Below, piece after piece: positions 31,340 to 42,782 of a stretch of 64,000 bases of DNA. Source of the stretch: an uncultured Candidatus Rokubacteria bacterium (lineage in GTDB: Bacteria; Methylomirabilota; Methylomirabilia; Rokubacteriales; DASRDR01); NCBI GenBank assembly GCA_963805625.1, contig CAWDVE010000010.1, positions 384,001-448,000 of the forward strand. Reading direction: 5' to 3'. The position numbers and the translations under genes are program-made. Below the pieces are notes generated by a model that worked only from the letters and a program-made list of their open reading frames with translations, was not told where the DNA came from and did not search any database. The first letter of the stretch is position 1. Every line of letters starts with the position of its first letter.

Positions 31340-31368
31340 ACCCTAGCACGAATCGTGCCGGGAGTAAA
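31340..31368 (-). promoter_or_regulatory. sigma70 promoter with an embedded sigma54 (-24/-12) site upstream of lptCAB-rpoN
   Basis: TTTACT, N17, TAGGGT; the spacer contains CCGGCACGATTCGTGCT (GG-N10-GC) and the palindrome GCACGA-N-TCGTGC. Confidence 0.6.
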
Positions 31369-31393
31369 CGCGGGGGTTCGCGGCTGACTCGGG

Positions 31394-31960
31394 TCAGCCC
31401 GGCCAGCGATTTTGCGCCCTTAGGATGGCCTCCAGGGCCTCGCGCACGGCTCCAGCGCCCCCAGGCTGCCTCGTCACCCACCGGGTGGCCCGGCGGACCT
31501 CGGGCACGGCATCAGCCGGTGCCACGGCCAGCCCGACGCGGCCCAGCACAGGCAGGTCGGCGAGATCGTCCCCCATGGCTGCGACGGCCTCGTCGCGGCA
31601 ACTGTGACGGCGGCTGAGGTCGTGATAGGCCGTCAGCTTGTCGGCCACCCCCTGGTGCACCTCCGTCACACCGAGCTCTGCGCACCGGCGGGCCACGGCC
31701 GCGGATTGCCGGGCGGACACCACGGCGACGACGAGGCCGGCGGCGATCGCCTGGACGATGGCCAGGCCGTCGTGAACGTGGAAGCTCTTCCATTCCTCGC
31801 CATCCGGCCCGAGCCAGAGCCGGCCGTCCGTCAGCACGCCGTCGACGTCGAGCACGACGAGGCGAACGCGCCGAAGGATCCCGGCGGTCGGCGCCTTTCC
31901 AGGACGCGGGCCGGCCCGGGGTCGGCGGGCGGCTCGCGGCCGCGCGTCGCGGTCAGGCAA
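31394..31960 (-). CDS. kdsC: KDO 8-phosphate phosphatase (HAD)
   Basis: 'LDVDGVLTDG', 'FHVHDG', 'MGDDLADL', 'GGAGAVRE'. Confidence 0.95.
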   Translation of the reverse strand: MPDRDARPRAARRPRAGPRPGKAPTAGILRRVRLVVLDVDGVLTDGRLWLGPDGEEWKSFHVHDGLAIVQAIAAGLVVAVVSARQSAAVARRCAELGVTEVHQGVADKLTAYHDLSRRHSCRDEAVAAMGDDLADLPVLGRVGLAVAPADAVPEVRRATRWVTRQPGGAGAVREALEAILRAQNRWPG

Positions 31961-32933
31961 TCTTGGCCCGGAGGAGGTCGTGAAGGTGGAGGACCCCGTC
32001 AGGGCGGCCCTCGTCGTCGACGATGAAGAGCTGCGTGATGCTGTGGCGCTCCATCAACTCGAGGGCCGTCACAGCCAGCTCGGCTCGCCCCACGGTCTTG
32101 GGGCGCCACGTCATGACCGCGGCGGCCGTTGGCGGGAGCCGGCCGGCCCCACGCTCCACGGCTCGCCGGAGGTCCCCGTCCGTCACGATGCCGGTCAGAC
32201 AGCCTGCGGGGTCCACCACCCCGGTGCAGCCGAGTCGCTTGGCGCTCATCGCCCGGATGACCGCCTCGAGAGGTGCTGATTCCGTGACGACCGGCACCTC
32301 GTCTCCCCGGTGCATCAATTCGGCCACGCGTACCAGGCCCCGGCCGATGGCGCCTCCGGGGTGGAGTCGTGCCATGTCGTCGGGTCCGAGCCCGCGGCGC
32401 GTGAGAACGGCGATCGCGAGGGCGTCCCCCAGGGCGAGCGCGGCAGCGGTCGACGAGGTGGGCGTGAGATTCATGGGGCACGCCTCCTCGCGGACCGAGA
32501 CGTCGAGGACCAGCTCGGCGTACTGCGCCAGCCGCGAGGCGGGCCGTCCCGTCAGCACCACGAGCGGCACGGCCAGGCGCTTGATGGCGGGAACCAGGGC
32601 GAGGAGCTCCTCCGTCTCCCCGCTGTAGGACAGGGCCACCACCAGGTCTCCGCGCACCAGCATCCCAAGGTCCCCGTGGACTCCCTCGGCGGGGTGCAAG
32701 AACAGGGCGGGAGTGCCCGTGGCCGCCAAGGTGGCGGCGAGCTTCTTGCCCACGAGGCCGGACTTCCCCATGCCGGTGACGACCACGCGACCGCGGCATG
32801 CCTCGACGAGGGTGACGGCCTGCTCGAAGCGGTGGTCCAGGCGGTCGACGAGCATGCGCACCGCCTCGGCCTCGGTCTCGAGCACGCGCCGACCCACCTT
32901 GAGGATGTCGTCGGTCGCGAAGGATTCGGTCAT
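31953..32933 (-). CDS. kdsD: Arabinose-5-phosphate isomerase (KpsF/GutQ)
   Basis: SIS 'TGMGKSG..HPAEGVHGDLG..SYSGETEE..PTSS..HPGG' plus CBS pair. Confidence 0.95.
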   Translation of the reverse strand: MTESFATDDILKVGRRVLETEAEAVRMLVDRLDHRFEQAVTLVEACRGRVVVTGMGKSGLVGKKLAATLAATGTPALFLHPAEGVHGDLGMLVRGDLVVALSYSGETEELLALVPAIKRLAVPLVVLTGRPASRLAQYAELVLDVSVREEACPMNLTPTSSTAAALALGDALAIAVLTRRGLGPDDMARLHPGGAIGRGLVRVAELMHRGDEVPVVTESAPLEAVIRAMSAKRLGCTGVVDPAGCLTGIVTDGDLRRAVERGAGRLPPTAAAVMTWRPKTVGRAELAVTALELMERHSITQLFIVDDEGRPDGVLHLHDLLRAKIA

Positions 32934-33760
32934 GGAATGGCGCTGAGGGCGCTCCCGATCGCGCGGAGCTCTCGGAGGAGCCGGGGGAGGCGGTCGAGGG
33001 CGAGCATCGTCGGCCCGTCAGACGGGGCGCGCTCCGGATCCTCGTGGACCTCCATGAACACCGCGTCGACGCCGAAGGCCACGGCGGCGCGCGCCAGCGG
33101 CTCGACGTACTGGCGCTCCCCTCCCGAGCGCGTGCCCTCTCCGCCGGGCAGCTGCACGGAATGCGTCGCGTCGAAGACCACCGGCACTCCGAAGCTCCGC
33201 ATCACGCGGAGACCGCGGAAGTCGACGACTAGGTTGTTGTACCCGAAGGCCGCCCCTCGCTCGGTCAGGAGCACGTCTTCGCACCCGCCGTCTCTCAGCT
33301 TCTCGACGACGTTTCGGACATCCCAGGGCGCGAGGAACTGGCCCTTCTTGACGTTGACGGGACGGCCGCTCCGGGCGCAGGCGAGGACGAGGTCGGTCTG
33401 GCGGCAGAGGAAAGCAGGGATCTGGACGAGATCGAGGACCTCGGCCGCCGCCGGCACCTCCTCGGGCCTGTGGACGTCCGAGAGCACGGGGCACCCGAAC
33501 GTCTCGCGCACGCGGCGAAGGACCCGCAGTCCTTCCCGGAGTCCGGGGCCCCGGTAGGACCGCGCGGACGACCGGTTGGCCTTGTCGTAGGAGGACTTGT
33601 AGACGAACGGCACTCCTGCGTCCGCCGCGATCCCCACCAGGGCCTCGGCGGTGCGGAGGGCATGGGCCTCGTCCTGGATCGCACAGGGCCCCGCGAGGAG
33701 CGCGAGCGGGTGTCCGCCGCCGATCCGGACGGAGCCAACCGGGACGACGCGCGTCGCCAC
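32930..33760 (-). CDS. kdsA: KDO 8-phosphate synthase
   Basis: 'AGPCAI', 'KSSYDKANRSS', 'QIPAFLCRQTDL', 'NVKKGQF', 'DATHSVQLPG'; GTG start 33760. Confidence 0.97.
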   Translation of the reverse strand: MATRVVPVGSVRIGGGHPLALLAGPCAIQDEAHALRTAEALVGIAADAGVPFVYKSSYDKANRSSARSYRGPGLREGLRVLRRVRETFGCPVLSDVHRPEEVPAAAEVLDLVQIPAFLCRQTDLVLACARSGRPVNVKKGQFLAPWDVRNVVEKLRDGGCEDVLLTERGAAFGYNNLVVDFRGLRVMRSFGVPVVFDATHSVQLPGGEGTRSGGERQYVEPLARAAVAFGVDAVFMEVHEDPERAPSDGPTMLALDRLPRLLRELRAIGSALSAIP

Positions 33761-33782
33761 GTCCGGCCCGGCGGGGATCCGG

Positions 33783-34858
33783 TCAGCGGCCGACGAAGTA
33801 GTACTCGAGGCCGATCTTTCGGGTCCCATAGAGCTTGTTGCGGGTGGCTTCCTGGCAGACTTCCGCATTCTTCCCCCGGAGCTCGGCGCACACGCGCTGC
33901 GCTGCCGGCGCGTTCAGCTCGGCCAGCTTCTCGACGACGCCCTGGATACAGAGCCACTGAGCGGCCGCCGGGCCTGACTCGCACACCTCGTGGATCCGTG
34001 CCGGGGTCTGGGCGACGGGGCCGACGCTGGCGTGCCCGATCCCGTGAAAGCACGCCGGCTGGACGCGGGTCGGAAGCCCCAGGCACTCCTTGGTCACCGC
34101 TTCGATCCCCTCTCCACGGCTGGCGGCCCTCGCGAGCATGAAGAAGACCTTGTACCGGTAGCAGGCGGCCGCGAAGCGCTTCGCCTCATCGCAGGGGTAC
34201 TGGTCGGTGCGGGCCGAGATCTGCTTCTGGTAGGTCATGAACACCTGCATGTACGCCCCGGACGCGCAGTAGTACTGGTAGGCGCGTTCGCCGACCGCCT
34301 CGCAAAGTGTCAGGGCTCGCGGGATGTCGTAGTCCGACACGTAGGCCGCACCGTGACCGACCCCGTGGACGCAGTCGCCCTTCTTGTGGATCTGGCGGAA
34401 GGCATCCCCGTCGCACAGGGTTGCGATCCGATCGCGGAGCGAGCCGGGCCGCTCGGTGAACGCCTCCATCAGGACGCCGTGCATGCACCCCGAGACGCAC
34501 CGGGTCTGGCAGGCCTGGAGAGCTGCGGGCATGTCCCGCGTGACCGCGTAGGCGGCCTTGCCCAGCTCGTGCGCGTGGTCGTGGCAGTTCGGGAACCCGC
34601 TCTCCAGCGCGTCGAGCAGCCCGGAGACGCCGAGGCGTGGGATCCAGGCCTCGAGGATCTTGCGCCGGCCGTCTCCTGGGACGCTCCGGTACTCCGAGAG
34701 AAAACGCTGGCGGAGGGCGGGGTCGGATTGGGCGGTGGACGCCGGCCCCGCCGCGCGCTCCTCGAAGACGGACGGGGGTGCCGCTGGAGGCGCCGCCGTC
34801 GCCGCGCTTCCCGCCCCCGCCACGAGGGCGATCGCGGCAAGCAGGCGGACGACCTGTC

Positions 34859-34862
<4 letters not shown>
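33783..34862 (-). CDS. Secreted Cys/His-rich repeat protein of unknown function
   Basis: GTG start overlapping the pyrG TGA; Ala-rich signal peptide; 16 Cys; motifs CHDHAH, CMHG, CVHGVGH, CFHGIGH. Confidence 0.8.
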
Positions 34863-36460
<1,598 letters not shown>

Positions 36461-36462
36461 GA

Positions 36463-38178
36463 TCAGCCTCCTTCCTTACCCGGTCGGGTGAGCGATGCTT
36501 TCCCGCGCCCGTGGCCCCGGGCGACGGCGCCCGTGAGCCAGCGTACCGCACCAGTCCGGCTTCGGACGTGTCCTGCGGCCTGCGCCGCCCGGAGGGCCTT
36601 CAAGATCTCACCGACCGCTGGCCCGGGGGGAACGCCCAGCGCGGCGACGTCGTCGCCCGTCGCCAGCGCCCGGAGGCGCCGCCAGCTTCGGAGATGGCGG
36701 TCGAGATGGCGGCGCGCGGCGCCGCCTCCCGCAAGAGTCCGTGCCCACGCCACGGTCAGCTCCGGCATGCTTTGCAGTATGCCGTAGGCACCGGCCCGCC
36801 CGTGCACCCGGACGAGGCGGGCGACGAGCCCGGGTGCGTCCCGGCGCGCTTGCCGGATGGCCTCGCGCCGAGCCGGCGCGAGGGCGAGCCGATCCATCCA
36901 CGACTCGACGGCCGTGCTCCTTTGGGTGAGGGCGAGCAAGGAGAGGGCGATCGGGGTTTCGGGACCGAGCCCGTCAAGAGCCCGTGGACCGAGCGCCGTG
37001 GCGAGGAGGCGTAACGCCTCCGGCCCCGGTGAGACCTTCCCGCCCACGAGGCTCCAGGCCCCCAGTCGACCGGCCCCCCGGAGCGCGGCCACCGGGCGCC
37101 GCTCGGCCAGCATGAGCTCCAGCTCCGTGCGGAGGCGGTCGCCGGACAAGGCCTGGTAGACGTCGAGCCGGGCCGCGTGAGCGGCCAGCCGACGGGTCGT
37201 GTGGTCGACCTGGCACCCCAGCCGCGCGGCGAAGCGCGCCGCACGAAAGATGCGCGTCGGGTCCTCCACGAACGACAGCGGGTGAAGAACCCGGATTTGC
37301 CGGGCGCGGAGATCGGCCAGGCCGCCCGTCGTGTCCACCAGCCGGCCCCAGTCCACGTGGTCGAGCCGGACCGCGAGGGCGTTCAGGGAGAAGTCTCGGC
37401 GCGCAAGATCCTCCGCGAGCGAGGCGGGTTCGACGTCAGGCAAGGCGCCCGGCGCCCGGTAGGACTCGCGCCGCGCGGTCGCGAGATCGACCCGGCGCCC
37501 GTCCGGGAGGACGACCGTCGCCGTGAGGAAGACCGGGTGTTCCAGGGTTTCTCCGCCGAGGTCCCTGGCGAGCGCCCGCGCGAGCGTGGCGGCACGTCCC
37601 TCGACGACGAGGTCGAGGTCCGTCCGCTCGTCGACGCGATCGAGCAGAAGGTCCCGGACCAGGCCGCCCACGGCGGCGACGGGGAGCCCGAGGGCGTCGC
37701 CGTGTGCTCCCGCGACGCGGAGGATCTCCCCCGCCCGCCCCGGCAGCCGGTCAAGCTCCCGAGCCACGGAAAGAGGCAGCCCGACCGGCGCGCCGGGCTC
37801 GCGGAAGACGACGCCCTCGAGGCCGCGGGGTCCTCCGACCAGGAGAAAGGGCCGGTCCGGTCCGAGGCGATGCCGGACCGCGATCTCGGATGCTGTCGGG
37901 GGCTCGACCGAGACGTCCCAGAGGATGGCCGAGACCGGTGCCCGGCCGAGACCCAGGGCGAGGGCGCGGGCGAGCGTTTGCCGCGATGCGGCGGCCCACG
38001 TCGCGCCGATGCGAACGACGACGAGCCGCGCGCGCTGCCGGTCCGCTAAACGAGCGGCCGGAGCTACGGCGAGGCCCGGAGGGACAACGACGAGGTGCCG
38101 GTGCATCAGTCCGGCCGCGCGGGGATCGACCTGCGGGTAGCTCGTGCGGCGGACGGGCACGACGGCGCTCCCGCTCAT
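36463..38178 (-). CDS. tRNA nucleotidyltransferase with a degenerate N-terminal CBS region (possibly A-adding type)
   Basis: '[10 protein letters not shown]', 'DLDLVVEG', '[10 protein letters not shown]', '[13 protein letters not shown]', '[19 protein letters not shown]'. Confidence 0.88.
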   Translation of the reverse strand: MSGSAVVPVRRTSYPQVDPRAAGLMHRHLVVVPPGLAVAPAARLADRQRARLVVVRIGATWAAASRQTLARALALGLGRAPVSAILWDVSVEPPTASEIAVRHRLGPDRPFLLVGGPRGLEGVVFREPGAPVGLPLSVARELDRLPGRAGEILRVAGAHGDALGLPVAAVGGLVRDLLLDRVDERTDLDLVVEGRAATLARALARDLGGETLEHPVFLTATVVLPDGRRVDLATARRESYRAPGALPDVEPASLAEDLARRDFSLNALAVRLDHVDWGRLVDTTGGLADLRARQIRVLHPLSFVEDPTRIFRAARFAARLGCQVDHTTRRLAAHAARLDVYQALSGDRLRTELELMLAERRPVAALRGAGRLGAWSLVGGKVSPGPEALRLLATALGPRALDGLGPETPIALSLLALTQRSTAVESWMDRLALAPARREAIRQARRDAPGLVARLVRVHGRAGAYGILQSMPELTVAWARTLAGGGAARRHLDRHLRSWRRLRALATGDDVAALGVPPGPAVGEILKALRAAQAAGHVRSRTGAVRWLTGAVARGHGRGKASLTRPGKEGG

Positions 38179-38218
38179 CTCGCTCGCCGTCTTCCCGGGC
38201 GGCCGCTCGGTCCCACGC

Positions 38219-39127
38219 CTACGCTCGCGGGTGGAACGTGCGGTAGAGCCGGCGCACGGCGTCGGTCGGGAGGTGCGTGTAGATCTCGGTCGTGCCGATG
38301 TCGGCGTGGCCGAGGAGGGCCTGGACGGACCGGAGGTCGGCACCGCCCTCGAGAAGGTGGCTCGCGAACGAGTGACGGAGGGCATGGGGGAACCCTCCGC
38401 GGAGCCCCGCCCCCCGCGCCCGCGTCCGCACGATCCGCCAGAGCCCCTGACGGCCGAGAGCCCGGCCTCGCGCGTTCACGAAGAGGACGCCGGGGTCGGC
38501 GCCCCGGACGAGGCGCGGACGCGCCCGCTCCAGGTACGTGGCGAGCGCGCGCCGGGCCGCGTCCCCGATCGGTACCATCCGCTGTCGGTCGCGCTTGCCG
38601 CGGCACACCAGGAGCTGGGTCTGGAGATCCACGTCCGCGGGCCGGAGCCCGACGAGCTCGGAGGCGCGAAGCCCCGAGCCGTAGAGGAGCTCCAGCATCG
38701 CGCGGTCCCGCCAGGCGCGGGGATTGGCGTCCCCGGGGGACTCCACCAGGGCGGTCGCGTCCGGTTTCGAGAGCGCTCTCGGGAGCCGGCGCGGGAGCCG
38801 CGGCGTCTCGAGTAGGGTGGCGGGGTTCTCGCGGAGAACGCCAGCGCGGCGGCCGAACCGGTAGAGGCCGCGCACCGCAGCCAGCCCGCGGGCGAGGGTG
38901 CGCGGGCTCCGGCCACCCCGGCGGAGCGCCTCGAGGTGGGCGACCAGGTCGTCCGGCCGCGCGGTCTCGAGCGTCCGCCGTCGCGTCCGGAGAAATCCCA
39001 CCAGCCGGGCCAGATCGCGCCGGTAGGCGGCGATCGTGAGGGGAGAGCTACCATCCTCGACGCGAAGTCGCTCGAGGAACTCGTCCACCAGGGGGTCGGT
39101 CGTCGAGGTCGCCCCGCCCTCCTTCAT
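38219..39127 (-). CDS. xerD: Tyrosine recombinase XerD
   Basis: 'TIAAYRRDL', 'RDRAMLELLYGSGLRASEL', 'HALRHSFASHLLEGGADLRSVQALLGH..TEIYTH..HPRA'. Confidence 0.93.
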   Translation of the reverse strand: MKEGGATSTTDPLVDEFLERLRVEDGSSPLTIAAYRRDLARLVGFLRTRRRTLETARPDDLVAHLEALRRGGRSPRTLARGLAAVRGLYRFGRRAGVLRENPATLLETPRLPRRLPRALSKPDATALVESPGDANPRAWRDRAMLELLYGSGLRASELVGLRPADVDLQTQLLVCRGKRDRQRMVPIGDAARRALATYLERARPRLVRGADPGVLFVNARGRALGRQGLWRIVRTRARGAGLRGGFPHALRHSFASHLLEGGADLRSVQALLGHADIGTTEIYTHLPTDAVRRLYRTFHPRA

Positions 39128-39573
39128 GCGCGCTCGTGCGAGTCGAGGAGGATCGTGACCGGGCCGTCGTTCGCGAGCCGGACCACCATCCGCGCACCGA
39201 AGCGGCCCTCCACCACCGGCACACCCCCGACGCTGAGACGCTCGGCCACCTCCTTCACCAGCGAGGCGGCCACATCGGGCGCGGCGGCCCCGAGGAAGTC
39301 GGGGCGGCGCCCCCGGCGGGTGTTGGCGAGTAGCGTGAACTGGGAGACGAGGAGGCAGCCTCCGCCCGTGTCGAGAAGCGAGTGCTGGAACTTCCCGTGC
39401 TCGTCCTCGAAGATGCGGAGGTGGAGGATCTTGTCGGCGAGGTAGCGGACGTCGTCGGGACCGTCACCGACCGCGACGCCGAGTAGGGTGACGAGGCCCC
39501 GGTCGATGCTGCCGATCACCTGGCGATCCGCCTCGACCGACGCTCCGGTCACGCGCTGCAGCAGGGCCCGCAT
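39124..39573 (-). CDS. dtd: D-aminoacyl-tRNA deacylase
   Basis: 'MRALLQRV', 'LRIFEDE', 'VSQFTL', 'GRFGARM', 'NDGPVT'. Confidence 0.96.
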   Translation of the reverse strand: MRALLQRVTGASVEADRQVIGSIDRGLVTLLGVAVGDGPDDVRYLADKILHLRIFEDEHGKFQHSLLDTGGGCLLVSQFTLLANTRRGRRPDFLGAAAPDVAASLVKEVAERLSVGGVPVVEGRFGARMVVRLANDGPVTILLDSHERA

Positions 39574-39591
39574 GTGGTCCGGTCTCGAGCG

Positions 39592-39621
39592 AGTATATCA
39601 ATGCCTCTCTCTGCGGCGCAA
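39592..39621 (-). promoter_or_regulatory. sigma70 promoter for dtd-xerD, overlapping the murJ 3' end
   Basis: TTGCGC, N18, TATACT with TG extension. Confidence 0.5.
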
Positions 39622-41244
39622 GGAACTCCTCCGCCAGCGGCCCCGGAGCGCGTTCGACGCGAGCCGCACTTCCTCCGCACCGAGCGCCGCGTGACAGGCG
39701 ACGTAGGCCGCCGTGGACCCGATGATCACCGCCGCGAGCCACACAGCCTCGGCGAGCCGGCCGGGCGGCGGCGGCGCGAGGTGCGACACCGCGCCGAGCA
39801 GCAGACACAGCCCAGCCGAGACGCCCGCGGTCCGGAGCCACGCGCGCCGGGCGCCCGGGATGGGCTTCCCCGGCAATCGCCGGTTGACGAGGATCGTCAG
39901 GGCGACCGCATTGACGGTGGCGGCTCCGGCGATCGCCAAGGCGAGTCCGGCATGCCCGAGCGACGGCGCCAGGATCAGGGCCAGTGTGCAGTTGAAGGCC
40001 ATCGCGAAGACCGACACCTTGACCGGGGTTCGCGTGTCGCCGAGCGCGAAGAAGGCCTGGGCCGAGATTTTCGCGGTCGAAGATCCCACGATACCCAGCG
40101 CGTACATCGCCACGGCGGCGGCGGTGCCGGCAGTCTCGGCCGGACCGAAGCGGCCCCGCTCGTAGAGGACGCGAACGATCGGCTCCGACAGGACGAGCAG
40201 GCCCACGGCGGCCGGCATGCTGACGAACGCGGCGAGACGAAGCGAGAACGACAACGTCTCGCGGAGCGCCTGCTTGTCGCGCAGCGCGGCCTGCTCCGAG
40301 AGCGTGGGCAATACCGCGGTCGCGATGGCGACCCCGAACACGCCGAGCGGGAACTCGATCAGCCGGTCCGCGTAGTAGAGGTAGGAGACACTTCCCTTGG
40401 CCAGGAACGACGCGATGATCGTGTTGATGACGGTGCCGATGTGGGTCGCCGACTGCCCGACGACCACCGGCGTCATCAGCCCCAGGATCCGCCGGACCGC
40501 CGGGTGGCTGAAGGCGATTTGCGGCGGCGCGAGCAGGCCGTGGCTCCCCAGCCAGGGGACCTGCAGCAGAAGCTGGCCGGCGCCGCCGATGAGCACGCCC
40601 AGCGCGAGCCCGGTGACGGGCTCCGGCAGCCGGGGCGCGAGCACGAGCGCGCCGATGATGATCCCGACGTTCAGCGCCACCGGCGACAGGGCCGGCAGGA
40701 GGAAGTGGCGGTGAGCGTTCAGGACACCCATGGCCAGGGCCGACAGTCCCACGAGGAACAGGTACGGGAACATCAGGCGCGTCATCCGCACGGTCAGCTC
40801 GCCTGCGGCCGGGTTGGCGAAGAAGCCGGGAGCCATGAGCCGGACGATCCAGGGCGCCGCCAGCATGCCAAGCAGGGTCAGCGTGCCCAGGAGCAGCAGC
40901 ATGACCCCGGCCACGGTGCGGAGCATGCGCAGCGTTTCGGCGCGGGACCGCGTCGTCACGTATTCCGTGAACACCGGGATGAAGGCGGACGAGAGCGCGC
41001 CCTCCGCGACGAGACGCCGGAGGAGATTCGGCAGGCGAAACGCCACGAAGAAGGCATCGGTCGCGACGCCGGCGCCGAAGGCGCGCGCGATTACGAGGTC
41101 GCGCAGGAAGCCGAGGACCCGGCTCGCCAGGGTGGCAGTGCTCACCACGGCGGCGGCGCGCGCCACTGCGCGCCGGGCGCCGGTCGCGGGCGGTGGCGGC
41201 GGGAACTCGGTGGCGTCGGTCCCGATCGGGACGTCCGCGCTCAC
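39598..41244 (-). CDS. murJ: Lipid II flippase MurJ
   Basis: 'SRVLGFLRD', 'DAFFVAFRLPNLLRRLVAEGALSSAFIP', 'YADRLIEFPLG'. Confidence 0.97.
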   Translation of the reverse strand: MSADVPIGTDATEFPPPPPATGARRAVARAAAVVSTATLASRVLGFLRDLVIARAFGAGVATDAFFVAFRLPNLLRRLVAEGALSSAFIPVFTEYVTTRSRAETLRMLRTVAGVMLLLLGTLTLLGMLAAPWIVRLMAPGFFANPAAGELTVRMTRLMFPYLFLVGLSALAMGVLNAHRHFLLPALSPVALNVGIIIGALVLAPRLPEPVTGLALGVLIGGAGQLLLQVPWLGSHGLLAPPQIAFSHPAVRRILGLMTPVVVGQSATHIGTVINTIIASFLAKGSVSYLYYADRLIEFPLGVFGVAIATAVLPTLSEQAALRDKQALRETLSFSLRLAAFVSMPAAVGLLVLSEPIVRVLYERGRFGPAETAGTAAAVAMYALGIVGSSTAKISAQAFFALGDTRTPVKVSVFAMAFNCTLALILAPSLGHAGLALAIAGAATVNAVALTILVNRRLPGKPIPGARRAWLRTAGVSAGLCLLLGAVSHLAPPPPGRLAEAVWLAAVIIGSTAAYVACHAALGAEEVRLASNALRGRWRRSSLRRRERH

Positions 41245-41351
41245 CGGCGGGCGACCGTTCCTGCGGTGGGAGATACCGGGCGGCTTCGATCGGGCGGCGC
41301 CTGGCCCGCGTCCCCGGGGCTCGCGGCGGCCATCAATCGCGGCCGCGAACC

Positions 41352-41380
41352 TTGACAGCCCCGACGGAGCACGGTAGGCT
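41352..41380 (+). promoter_or_regulatory. sigma70 promoter of rpsT
   Basis: TTGACA (41352-57), N17, TAGGCT (41375-80). Confidence 0.75.
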
Positions 41381-41429
41381 CCGAAGTCGCGCCGTCGACT
41401 GGCCAGATCCAGCGCCCGCGTGGCGACTC

Positions 41430-41478
41430 GCGCCAGTTCCGAGCGTCAGTTCGGGTGCCGGCCCGAGTGCCAGTCCGA
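41430..41478 (+). repeat. Four imperfect 12-13 bp tandem repeats in the rpsT leader
   Basis: GCGCCAGTTCCGA / GCGTCAGTTCGG / GTGCCGGCCCGA / GTGCCAGTCCGA. Confidence 0.6.
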
Positions 41479-41495
41479 GTAAAGGAGGTGATCCA

Positions 41496-41765
41496 ATGGC
41501 CAACATCAAGTCCGCCATGAAGCGCATCCGCACGAGCGAGAAGCGCCGCGTCCGCAATGCGGCCGTCCGCTCGACGGTCCGGACCTCGGTCAAGGGCGCG
41601 CGCGCCGCGATCGAGGGGGGGCAAGCCGATCCGGCCCGCGAGATGCTGCTGCACACGATCCAGGTCCTCGACAAGGCGGTCACGAAGGGCGTCATTCACA
41701 AGAACACGGCGGCCCGCAAGAAGTCCCGCCTGACGCGCCAGCTGAACGCCCTCGCGAGCCGCTAG
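41496..41765 (+). CDS. rpsT: 30S ribosomal protein S20
   Basis: 'MANIKSAMKRIR..RVRN..LDKAVTKGVIHKNTAARKKSRL'. Confidence 0.98.
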   Translation: MANIKSAMKRIRTSEKRRVRNAAVRSTVRTSVKGARAAIEGGQADPAREMLLHTIQVLDKAVTKGVIHKNTAARKKSRLTRQLNALASR

Positions 41766-42781
41766 CCCGCCAGGTCGGCGACCAGGCAGGTCAGGAGCGC
41801 ACGGGGGTTCCCCGTCCCCGTCTTGAGCGTCTGGTCCACCTCGAAGCATTGCCGGGCGGCCCGAGACAAGCCTCGGATCCCGACGGCCCGGGCGCGCGCG
41901 GTCAGGCGCTCGACGGCCCACTCCGGCCGGCGCCGCTGGAGCGCGCGGGCCGCCTCGCGGGTGTCGGCGCCCGTCGTCGCCGCCGGGAGCACCCGCCAGA
42001 GGTCGCGGAGATACCCCACGATCCATGCGAGCAGGATGAGGGGCTCGTCCCCCGAGGCGAGGAGCTGTGACGCCAGACGCAGGGCGTCGGCTCGGCGTGC
42101 CTCCTCGAGCGCCTGCGTCAGCTCCCAGTACTGGCGCGCCCGGGTTTCTCCCGCCAGGGCTCTCACGACCTCCTCGGATACGCGTCGGTCGCCGGCGGTG
42201 TAGAGGGAGGCCTTCTCAAGCTCCCCGGCGAGCCGCGCCAGGTCCTCCCCCACCAGATCGACCAGGGTCTGGGCGGCGTCCGCAGCGAGATGGAGTCCGG
42301 CCGCGCGTGCCCGCTCGCGCACCCAGCCCACCACCGCGCGTCCCGCCGGCGCCCGGATCTCCACCTGATCGCTCTCGGGCAGGAGACGGAGGCCCGCGGT
42401 CTTCCGGTCGGCACTCGCGGCGACGAGCAGCACCGTCGTGCCTTCGGCTGGCCACCCGACGGCCGCGCGCCGGGCCTCGGCCAGCGCGTCCCGGAGCCGG
42501 TCGGCCGCCTTGGCCGCGAGCTCCGTCACCCCGCGCACGAGGACGAGACGGCGCCCCGCGAAGAGCGAGAGGGAGGCGCCCGCGGCGACGAGCGCCTCCG
42601 GGGTGAGCTGGTCCGCGTGGAAGAGCTCGCGATTCCAGCCCGCGGCCTGCTCGTCGGGCAGAAGCGCCCGGGTCAGGCGCTCCACCACGTCGTCGATGAG
42701 GAGAGGCTCGGGCCCGTGGAGGAGGAGGAGCGATGGGACACGCCCGGCCGCGGCGTCGCGGAGGAGGGCGGTGACCTCCAG
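41762..42781 (-). CDS. holA: DNA polymerase III delta subunit
   Basis: 'LLLHGPEPLL', 'SLFAGRRLVLV', 'VGEDLARLAGELEK', 'DQTLKTG'; leuS-lptE-holA synteny; probable CTG start at 42781. Confidence 0.9.
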   Translation of the reverse strand: MEVTALLRDAAAGRVPSLLLLHGPEPLLIDDVVERLTRALLPDEQAAGWNRELFHADQLTPEALVAAGASLSLFAGRRLVLVRGVTELAAKAADRLRDALAEARRAAVGWPAEGTTVLLVAASADRKTAGLRLLPESDQVEIRAPAGRAVVGWVRERARAAGLHLAADAAQTLVDLVGEDLARLAGELEKASLYTAGDRRVSEEVVRALAGETRARQYWELTQALEEARRADALRLASQLLASGDEPLILLAWIVGYLRDLWRVLPAATTGADTREAARALQRRRPEWAVERLTARARAVGIRGLSRAARQCFEVDQTLKTGTGNPRALLTCLVADLAG

Positions 42782-42782
42782 C

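Noticed and set aside
34470-34520. '[11 protein letters not shown]' as a heme c attachment site
   Set aside because: Not CxxCH; it fits the protein's own repeated C..CxHG pattern
38219-39127. Tyrosine recombinase as the integrase of a mobile element
   Set aside because: Typical XerD sequence within a housekeeping operon; no att repeats, tRNA or cargo genes
41430-41478. Tandem repeats as a CRISPR array
   Set aside because: Units are 12-13 bp with no spacers and no cas genes
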